Shown one piece after another: positions 56,901-64,000 of a DNA stretch of 64,000 bases. The notes under the pieces are model-generated. The model did no database searches and was not told the DNA's origin. It saw nothing but the letters and a program-made list of their open reading frames with translations. Location of the stretch: positions 1-64,000 of IMG/VR virus record IMGVR_UViG_3300011268_000751; one strand, given 5' to 3'. The stretch is from a virus (Duplodnaviria > Caudoviricetes). The number at the start of each line of letters is the position of its first letter. The stretch's first letter is position 1. A program made the translations under genes and the position numbers.

Positions 56901-59900
56901 TCATCAACAAATTCTAAAATACCAGAAATAGTTAATTGTGATGTTGGATTTGTAGTTCCTATACCAACTTTCGCTAGGGTATGAATACCTGCAGAAGTTA
57001 CAATCCACAGAGAGTCTGCATTTGCTGCAATGACTCCAGTTAATCCAGATCCATCACCAATAAACTGTGCGGCACTTACAAATCCAGAAACTACTTCATT
57101 ACCTATAATATCAACTGTTACTCTTGGATTGGTAGTTCCTACACCAATTGTTCCATTAAAGTATGAATTTCCAGCAATTTGTAACTTTTGATTAGATGTT
57201 CCAGTAGAAGTTCCTCCACCAATCAGCACTGGACCATTTCTAAAACTTACCAACCCAGCAGATACTAATGAAGTATTTGCGGTTATATTAGATGCTGTTA
57301 TATTGGTTGAAGTTAAATTAGTAACAACACCAACACCATAATTTAAATTAATACCTTGTAAGTTGGTTATAGTTCCATATCCAACATACTGAATATTGTT
57401 ACCAACGATATTAAAAACATTTCCTACAATATTCGTTAAGTTATCAATTGTTGCAGATGGTGAAACAATAAGACTAGTTGCATTAAATGTTGTGGCAGTT
57501 ACAACTCCACTTACAATAGCATTCCCACGAACATCTAAAGCTTGTCTTGGTGCGGTAGATCCAAGACCAACTCTTGAAATTGTATTAATGCCTGCATAGG
57601 TAGACTCCCAAATAAAGAGTTGTCTGATAGAGTCATTAATACTTACAGTAACAATACCAGCAGAAACAGGAGAAGCATCAAAGAAACCATCAAAGTTTAA
57701 AGTTGCCGCAACGCCAACAAAATTCCCATTATTTCTAATGTTAATACCAGGACTTACTGTTGCAGTAATGTTATAAAGACCAGATCCATCACCATATATT
57801 TTTGCAAATGTTGCAATTCCTTGGAAATGAGAGTCGCCATAAACAGTAAATTTTGCGATTGGTGCAGTGCTTCCAATGCCAACAAAGAAGTCATTATTAC
57901 CAATAATCCAAGAACTATTTCCAGCACCGATTGCTAATTGGTGTGATCCATAATCATCCAGAAGCTGAGCACTATATCCAATTGCAACATTATATGATCC
58001 ACTCCGAAGATCACATCCAGCGAAGGCACCAAAGAAACTGTTATAATTTCCTGTGCTATAAAGACCAGTATCTCTACCAATAAATACGTTCTCTCTACCA
58101 GTTATGTTACATCTTCCAGTGCTACAACCAAGGAAGATGTTCCAACTACCAGTAGTATTATAAGAACCAGTAAATCTACCAAAGAATATGTTATAAGATC
58201 CAGTAGTATTACGCTTACCAGCACACTCACCGAAGAAGTTATTATATCCACCAGAAGTATTTGCTCTACCAGCCTCATAACCAAAGAAATTATTGGATGA
58301 ACCAGAGAAATTACACTGCCCTGCAAAGGCGCCCATGAAGTTATTCCAACTTCCATAAGCATTTGCTGAACTTGTTCCAGCGTAATAACCAATATAATTA
58401 TTTCCACAACCAGTAGTATTATTATATCCAGGTCTATATCCAATAAAGGTATTAAACTTTTCTTCGGGAGTTAATGTATATAATGGAGTTGTCTCTGAAG
58501 ACATTCCAATTTTAACATTAAATCCAACAAACTCCTGCCTACCACTAACAGTCAATCTATTAGAGGCAGTTGTAGTTCCAATACCAATATTCAGACCTGT
58601 ATAAATTCCAGAAGAATTATAATCCCACTGACCTGCCTTGCTTAGATTGGTAATACCACTACCATCACCAATAAATGTTCCAATAAATGCTGGAGATTTT
58701 ATAGTATTTGCATTAACAATATTGCCATCAAACTGAGTGGCAGTTACAATACCTGTTCCACTAACAATAACATTACCAACAACAGTTAGTTTTGCTCTTG
58801 AAACATCAATTGTCCCAATTCCAACACTTCCAGAAGTCCAAATACCAACTGATTGTCCTTGTGCTGATGGAGACCAACGAGATGCAATAATATTTGGAAT
58901 GTTAGTAAGGAGAGAACCATCACCAGAAAACTTATCTGCGGTTACAATACCAGTAAATCTTGCGCTACCAACAACATCTAATTTTGCATTTGGTATAGCA
59001 GTTCCAATACCAATATTCAGATTTTCATCACCAACTAACCAGTATTCTGACTGGCCTGTTGTGTTTAGACCAATTGCAAGTTGCTTATCTTTATTTGGGA
59101 AATAAGCATCAAAATAATTCCAATCAACGAAATCTGGAGGAGTAAATGTTGGGAGAGCAGTTCCTTGTCCCAATAAGATCTTATAAGATGCTAATTGAGA
59201 TGTTCCAGTATAATTACCAAAATAAGCATTATCATGACCCTCAGTATTATAAAAACCTGCTGCCTGACCTATAAAAGTATTCTTATATCCCTCAACATTA
59301 TTATATCCAGCAACATTACCAAAGAAATTGTTATCATATGAAACTAAACTGTTATACCCAGTGCATTCACCGATAAAAATATTTCTATATCCGGTAGTAT
59401 TTGCATATCCTGCTTTCTTACCAATGAAGATATTTTCTGCACCAAATGTATTTGAGTGACCTGCCTTCTCACCCACAAATACATTACTACAACCAGTTCT
59501 GTTAAAGAATCCAGAGCACTGTCCGAAGAAAACGTTATATGCCCCAGAAGTATTGTTCTTACCTGCTTTTTCTCCTATGAATACGTTTGCATTTCCACAG
59601 TTTTCATATCCAGCACACGTCCCAAAGAAATTATTGTGACTTCCACAATAATTATAAGCACCAGCTCTATAACCAAAGAAATTATTATATGATCCATCAC
59701 AACCAGCACATAATCCAGCAGATTCGCCAATATAAGTATTAAAGGATCCAGTAGAATTATAATAACCTGTAAATCTTCCAATAAAAACGTTAGATGACCC
59801 AGTAGAATTATAATATCCTGACAGTTTTCCTAAGAAAACGTTATTTTCACCAGTTAAATTTGAAGCGCCAGTCTGTTTTCCAATGAATATATTGTCAACA

Positions 59901-61303
59901 CCAGTGTTACATTCTCCAGAATTTCTAAATGAATTTCTTCCAGAACCAGAACATTCTCCAATATAGATATTACCATCTGCTCTGTTCCAGTATCCAGCAT
60001 CTTTACCAATTGCAATAGTATTATTATTATTGAAATGACAATATCCTGCACCAGATCCTAAAAATATGTTATTCCCACCAGCAGAAGTTCTATTCGCTCC
60101 TGTATCAAAATCACCAATAGTAATATTACCATCAACAAATCCCATAACTCCATTAAGAGTTAATGGGAATATAGCATCATTTGTTCCTAACCCAACATGA
60201 AGTGAAGTATGGATTCCTGTATTATTTTTAGACCAATAGTTTTCAACTAGTAAAGATGAGTAATTTGTCCCATCAGGAGAAAAATCTACCCACTGAGTAG
60301 AGTCTACATCAGCATAATATATGTAAGCTCTACCATCAGTTGAATTAAACCAAAGATTTCCTACCAAAGGAGAAGTTGGAGGAGTATCAGATATTGTGAC
60401 GGTTAATACTGGGTCTGGTGGTGATAAGTCAATCCATTGAGTTGAGTCAGAATCTTCATAATATAGAAATGTTCTTCCAACATTAGAGTCATACCATAGG
60501 TTTCCAGGAAATGCAGTAGTCGGAGGTGTCTCTCCAACATACATCGTCGGAACATATATTCCACTACCAAAAAACTTAGGTGCTGTTACAAATCCAACAA
60601 CTGATAATGAACTTCCAATTCCTACATTTCCGTTAAAAGTAGAATTTCCAACTACTTGAAATGCGGAAGATAATGTTGAGGTTCCTATTCCTACATTTGA
60701 AAATGTATGAATTCCTGTTACGTTTTTAACCCAATATGACTCTCCTCCTCCACCACCACCAAAAATAGGACCGCCGCCGCCACCACCACCACCTTCACCA
60801 GTCTCAATACCAACATCTACTCTTACTATTCCAGATTCAATGCCACTAACAATAAGATAATCACCAAAGTTAATTGATGTGACTAGTCCAATATACCTAT
60901 TACTATCTAAAACAGTAACATAAGAAGTTACTGTAGATACTCCAGAAGACTCTGGGGTAAGTATTAAGTTATGCCCGAAATCAATAGTCGTAACCAACCC
61001 AACATAACTCTTATCATCCCAAAGGGTTGAGTAAGAAGTTACTGTTACTATTCCAGAAATTCTCGGGCTTACTGATAAATTGTAACCAAAATCAATAGTT
61101 GATACAATACCTACTACTACATCACTATCCCATACAAATAATGCTCCATAATCGGCGTAGATCTTTCCATAATCATCAATGAAAAGTTGTCTACGATAAG
61201 GAGCATCTTCACGATTTTCTATTACATGTAAATTTACGTCACCGAAAAATCTAGCACCTTGATTGAAATATGCTTGTCTACCTGTTACAGTTACTCTTTC
61301 CAT
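53912..61303 (-). CDS. giant tail fibre with C-terminal intramolecular chaperone (peptidase S74-like)
   Basis: 2463 aa; SDRKLKTNIEPI...RGVTFDWK...GVVAQE.E.VLP...VNYNGLIGLLIECVKE; three YadA-like blocks; many hinge modules. Confidence 0.92.
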   Translation of the reverse strand: MERVTVTGRQAYFNQGARFFGDVNLHVIENREDAPYRRQLFIDDYGKIYADYGALFVWDSDVVVGIVSTIDFGYNLSVSPRISGIVTVTSYSTLWDDKSYVGLVTTIDFGHNLILTPESSGVSTVTSYVTVLDSNRYIGLVTSINFGDYLIVSGIESGIVRVDVGIETGEGGGGGGGGPIFGGGGGGESYWVKNVTGIHTFSNVGIGTSTLSSAFQVVGNSTFNGNVGIGSSLSVVGFVTAPKFFGSGIYVPTMYVGETPPTTAFPGNLWYDSNVGRTFLYYEDSDSTQWIDLSPPDPVLTVTISDTPPTSPLVGNLWFNSTDGRAYIYYADVDSTQWVDFSPDGTNYSSLLVENYWSKNNTGIHTSLHVGLGTNDAIFPLTLNGVMGFVDGNITIGDFDTGANRTSAGGNNIFLGSGAGYCHFNNNNTIAIGKDAGYWNRADGNIYIGECSGSGRNSFRNSGECNTGVDNIFIGKQTGASNLTGENNVFLGKLSGYYNSTGSSNVFIGRFTGYYNSTGSFNTYIGESAGLCAGCDGSYNNFFGYRAGAYNYCGSHNNFFGTCAGYENCGNANVFIGEKAGKNNTSGAYNVFFGQCSGFFNRTGCSNVFVGEKAGHSNTFGAENIFIGKKAGYANTTGYRNIFIGECTGYNSLVSYDNNFFGNVAGYNNVEGYKNTFIGQAAGFYNTEGHDNAYFGNYTGTSQLASYKILLGQGTALPTFTPPDFVDWNYFDAYFPNKDKQLAIGLNTTGQSEYWLVGDENLNIGIGTAIPNAKLDVVGSARFTGIVTADKFSGDGSLLTNIPNIIASRWSPSAQGQSVGIWTSGSVGIGTIDVSRAKLTVVGNVIVSGTGIVTATQFDGNIVNANTIKSPAFIGTFIGDGSGITNLSKAGQWDYNSSGIYTGLNIGIGTTTASNRLTVSGRQEFVGFNVKIGMSSETTPLYTLTPEEKFNTFIGYRPGYNNTTGCGNNYIGYYAGTSSANAYGSWNNFMGAFAGQCNFSGSSNNFFGYEAGRANTSGGYNNFFGECAGKRNTTGSYNIFFGRFTGSYNTTGSWNIFLGCSTGRCNITGRENVFIGRDTGLYSTGNYNSFFGAFAGCDLRSGSYNVAIGYSAQLLDDYGSHQLAIGAGNSSWIIGNNDFFVGIGSTAPIAKFTVYGDSHFQGIATFAKIYGDGSGLYNITATVSPGINIRNNGNFVGVAATLNFDGFFDASPVSAGIVTVSINDSIRQLFIWESTYAGINTISRVGLGSTAPRQALDVRGNAIVSGVVTATTFNATSLIVSPSATIDNLTNIVGNVFNIVGNNIQYVGYGTITNLQGINLNYGVGVVTNLTSTNITASNITANTSLVSAGLVSFRNGPVLIGGGTSTGTSNQKLQIAGNSYFNGTIGVGTTNPRVTVDIIGNEVVSGFVSAAQFIGDGSGLTGVIAANADSLWIVTSAGIHTLAKVGIGTTNPTSQLTISGILEFVDDNVKIGSKETGALLIKNIGILNSFVGVGAAASITSGAYNSFFGSFTGKFTTTGCYNSFFGSNAGQCNTTGDSNSFFGFLAGRCNTTGFRNSFFGRSSGVCNTTGRTNSFFGFYSGVNNATGCNNTFFGSFVGCSQNSSYKIVIGSGQGASYFDFPVVERGKTLAIGINSLGFNEYWLVGNERLNIGIGTTNPNSRLSVGGDVDVAGVVTSRRLSTGSIIGTSITGTALSVTSISGTDIFVSGNGVVSGIFTAGVVTATSFFGDGSKLTGIIAEGSGVLVRDDDILLGTASVLNFGENISLTSIVSGITTVNVVNYWSSGGTGIITTGSIGIGTTSASSTLTVYGDALITGVVTASAFFGDVGYARTSGISTYARTAGVATYASIAGVSTNVNGGTANVIGLNVTGITTLGNANISNINSVGVITAGVVTATTFFGDGSKLTGISVGISSVAEYAKVAGISTIAGIATNVSGGTANVTSLNVSGITTLGPTNISNIINVGIITAGIVTATTFFGDGSKLTGISAGISSVAEYAKVAGIATIAGVATSVIGGVASVTQLNVTGISTLGVVTATTYYGDGSFLTGITASQWVTTSSGIHTLSNVGIGTTNPTSRLTVSGDGLFTGVVTATSFYGDGSQLTGIVAQGSGVSVRDSGSLIGIAATLDFGDNLTVTFNSGYATIDSVTGISTQWITTPVGIHTFTNLGVGTATPTSRLHVIGDAIITGVVTAGIVSATTFFGDGSKLTGISAGISSVAEYARVAGIATYAQTAGIATYATRSGVSTYASVAGLATYSSSAGVATYASSSGISTSVSGGFASVTNLNVTGISTLGVVTVTQLYSAGIVTALRFIGDGSQLSGVAAETSKQWITTSVGIHTLVNVGVGTTNPTSKLTVAGNLYVTGIITSTDYDSLSDRKLKTNIEPIQNPIETVKQIRGVTFDWKNTNRSSAGVVAQEIEKVLPQLVNGDETKSVNYNGLIGLLIECVKEQQKEIDELKKRLL

Positions 61304-61314
61304 ATTTCATCCAC

Positions 61315-62328
61315 CTATGATAGGGTGAAGGTAGAAGAAGTATAATCAGTTACACTTGTCAATAAGGAAGTTTCTATATCACCTATATCACCTAACACTC
61401 CACTACTAAGTGCTGATGATATACTATCAACACCACCACCAAGAAGTGATGATCCTATATCACCCAAAGAACCAGTTAATCCACTGGTAAGACCACCAGT
61501 AACGCTCCCTAAGGCACTATTTAAACCTCCAGATAAACCACTAGATAATGCTCCAGTTAATCCACTAGTTAAACCTCCAGTTAGTCCTCCAGCAAGATCT
61601 CCTAAACCTCCTGTCAATGCTCCCGTCAATCCTCCAGTTAGTCCTCCAGCAAGATCTCCTACAATACCACCCAATCCACCAGTTAATCCTCCAGTTAGTC
61701 CTCCTACAAGACCTCCTAATCCGCCACCAGTTAGACCACCTACCAAATCTCCAACTAATCCACCACCAAGGATAGATCCTAAACCACCACCACCTAATAA
61801 TGAACTTGCAACACCAAAAGCACCAGAAAGAATATCACCACCAACAAAACTATTTTCAAAAACTTTAACACCAAAAGTATCTTCAATTAAGTTTCCAGTT
61901 AGTCCATCAGCATCAACTTTATTTGCCGATAATAATACTCTACCAGACCCCCCTTTAATATTAACATTTCTTCCAGCTCTTATGTCTACATCTTCATCCG
62001 CTTCAAGCATAATATTATGTGCCTTTATTCTTACTCTACCAGTTCTCTCTGCAATAATTGATATATCCCCATTTTTTCCTGAAATCAATATGTCTATTCC
62101 TGTTTCTTTATTCTTTACTCCACCAACCATTTCTATGGTTCTCTCATTATAAATTCTATATGTTCCACCTTCACTAAATCCAGTTAAAGCAACATCTTTA
62201 CTGTCATTGACAGCATACATGTTATAAACATCATATCCGTCATTACCAACTTGAGGATTATTAGTATCAATCCTATACTTAGGACCCAAACTAAATATAT
62301 CTCTTGCTTCCCAATTATATTCTGCCAT
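61315..62328 (-). CDS. gp5 C-terminal-like baseplate spike protein with Gly/Leu/Thr-rich tail
   Basis: GDISIIAERTGRVRIKAHNIMLEADEDVDIRAGRNVNIKGG beta-helix-like repeats; position after the hub gene. Confidence 0.6.
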   Translation of the reverse strand: MAEYNWEARDIFSLGPKYRIDTNNPQVGNDGYDVYNMYAVNDSKDVALTGFSEGGTYRIYNERTIEMVGGVKNKETGIDILISGKNGDISIIAERTGRVRIKAHNIMLEADEDVDIRAGRNVNIKGGSGRVLLSANKVDADGLTGNLIEDTFGVKVFENSFVGGDILSGAFGVASSLLGGGGLGSILGGGLVGDLVGGLTGGGLGGLVGGLTGGLTGGLGGIVGDLAGGLTGGLTGALTGGLGDLAGGLTGGLTSGLTGALSSGLSGGLNSALGSVTGGLTSGLTGSLGDIGSSLLGGGVDSISSALSSGVLGDIGDIETSLLTSVTDYTSSTFTLS

Positions 62329-62340
62329 TCTGGATTTAAT

Positions 62341-64000
62341 TTATGTTGGACAATCTTTAACGTAATTAACTTTTTCTTGTAGTATTCTTCTACGCAGTCT
62401 TGCTTTTTCTCTTGCTCTTATAACTTCTGGTGCAAGAGCAGGTAATTCTTGCTCTTGAATTGCAAGTTGAACGACAAGAGGTTCTGCAGGATCAGGAATT
62501 TGTGGAACATTATATTCACGTTCACGTAAAAGTTCATCTTTAAGTGGTAGATTTGGTTCTCCATCTACAAGAGAATCAGGGTATTCTATTGAACCTATAA
62601 TAGGTATTAAAGAAGCACCGGTCCCAGTGTCAGATGTAATATTAATTTGTGGTAAATCAGTTACTTCTGTAGTATTTATTGGAGTTACTTCTAGGATTTC
62701 TCCAGTATCTTCATCAACAACAGCTTCATATTTGTTTCCAAAATCATCCGTTATAGTAGGATCTATATAACCAGATCCACCATCCTCAACAACAACATTA
62801 ATAACCTCATATTCTTGAATCTCGGATACAGGATAGTTTTCACCAGTAGAAACCATATATGCACTAATAATTCTACCATCATCATTAATTTGTGTTCTTG
62901 CTATTGCACCATAACCATCATTACAATTATCAGTAAATTGAATATTGGGAGGATATCGATATCCAACTCCAGAATTTTGAACCTGAACTCCTATGATACT
63001 ACCAACTCTTTTACCATTCCTCTTCATCTTGTATTTTCCCATTAATGGTCTAACTCTGGCACCATATCCACCACCACCAAAAACTTGAGCGGTTGGAGGA
63101 TTACAGTTTAATGGTGGACCAGTATAGCAACTAGCATTACTATTCTTACTCTTACCATTAAAAACATTTAGAGAACCTACTAGACTCTCAAAATCACTAG
63201 CTGCTCTAGAAAATGTAGATCCTTCAGCAAAAGATTTATAAATTTTTACTTTGGTTCCAGATTTATATTGATTACCAAGATCACCTCTAGAAACTTGAAC
63301 CTTATGAGTTCCAGTTTCAACTTTTAGAACACTCATAACTTCATCTTTTATTTTAATACTGTAACCTTCTTTTACAAGATCAATATCTCTTATTTTAATT
63401 GTGGTTTCATTTTTACTAACCTTATTAGTAATCTTAGATGTCACAAAATCTTTTCTTTGTTCCTCAGTTTGTGTTATAACAGAATCTGGAAGTTCATTCT
63501 CATATATAACTGCCTTTCCAACCTTTTTACCGGCATTCATAGTATCCAAGATTTGCTTATATAAATCATTTCCTCTATATCCTTTACTTCCAGATCCAAC
63601 TGCAAGATTTCCTGTCAGTCCAGAACACTTCTTCCTATTTTGTTTACAATCTAAAACACCACCACCACTATTCAGGTAATTTGAAACAGATCCTCTTAAA
63701 AGATTTTCTAAACTAAATCCAGGAGAAAGAATTTTAGTTACGGCATCAAGAAGTGGTGATAAGTTTCTAATCATTTCATCAATCAGAACATTTAATAATC
63801 CGGCGGTAAATTCAACTCCAGAACACTCTGTATAATTTTCAACGTTTTTAACATATTTTTCAACTAAATCTTTAATTTTCTTATAAGAAGAATTTATACT
63901 TTTGCTGGCAGCACATGGAATACCCTTTTCAAGAGCTTTAACTGGGGCAACCAGTGCCTGTTGAGCTAAAACTCCTGCAGCATGAGCTACAGCAAATTTA
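62341..64000 (-). CDS. baseplate hub (gp5-like) protein, partial; 5' end beyond window
   Basis: Frame stays open from 63774 to 63999 (KFAVAHAAG...LIDEMIRN); repeated V.V...G.GY..PP.I.F...G.GA units. Confidence 0.65.
   Translation of the reverse strand, partial: KFAVAHAAGVLAQQALVAPVKALEKGIPCAASKSINSSYKKIKDLVEKYVKNVENYTECSGVEFTAGLLNVLIDEMIRNLSPLLDAVTKILSPGFSLENLLRGSVSNYLNSGGGVLDCKQNRKKCSGLTGNLAVGSGSKGYRGNDLYKQILDTMNAGKKVGKAVIYENELPDSVITQTEEQRKDFVTSKITNKVSKNETTIKIRDIDLVKEGYSIKIKDEVMSVLKVETGTHKVQVSRGDLGNQYKSGTKVKIYKSFAEGSTFSRAASDFESLVGSLNVFNGKSKNSNASCYTGPPLNCNPPTAQVFGGGGYGARVRPLMGKYKMKRNGKRVGSIIGVQVQNSGVGYRYPPNIQFTDNCNDGYGAIARTQINDDGRIISAYMVSTGENYPVSEIQEYEVINVVVEDGGSGYIDPTITDDFGNKYEAVVDEDTGEILEVTPINTTEVTDLPQINITSDTGTGASLIPIIGSIEYPDSLVDGEPNLPLKDELLREREYNVPQIPDPAEPLVVQLAIQEQELPALAPEVIRAREKARLRRRILQEKVNYVKDCPT

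Noticed and set aside
41018-61303. Diversity-generating retroelement or invertible shufflon acting on fibres
   Set aside because: No reverse transcriptase, no TR/VR pair differing only at adenines, and no recombinase or inverted crossover sites seen; all fibre genes are co-oriented. Such elements could lie outside the window
12074-61303. Stop-codon reassignment
   Set aside because: Very long ORFs (up to 2463 aa) are intact under the standard code and genes abut tightly

Overview
64 kb of an AT-rich T4-like myovirus genome, most likely a cyanomyophage (inferred from its characteristic small hypothetical genes, sigma70-type early promoters and TAAATA late promoters). Essentially every real gene is on the minus strand. 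(1) 1-7300: about 28 small early or accessory genes, punctuated by repeated hairpin-promoter (PeSL-like) elements, including a 2OG-Fe(II) oxygenase. (2) 7340-11940: an SF2 helicase next to a restriction-modification-like locus made of a nuclease-helicase and an adenine methyltransferase that appears split into two complementary ORFs. (3) 12070-21840: two giant virion structural or fibre proteins. (4) 22000-22980: an early-promoter island with two tRNA genes, one a probable tRNA-Ile2(CAU) and the other a non-canonical long-arm tRNA with a UAU anticodon, plus an orphan Phd-like gene. (5) 22980-61300: a roughly 38 kb cluster of modular tail fibre or adhesin genes built from shared hinge, YadA-like, LamG, beta-propeller and 9-aa Tyr/Ser/Thr repeat modules. 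It is interrupted by a sulfotransferase plus glycosyltransferase cassette and ends in an alpha/beta hydrolase. (6) 61300-64000: gp5-like baseplate hub genes, truncated at the window edge. No database searches were run; all family calls come from motif recognition.
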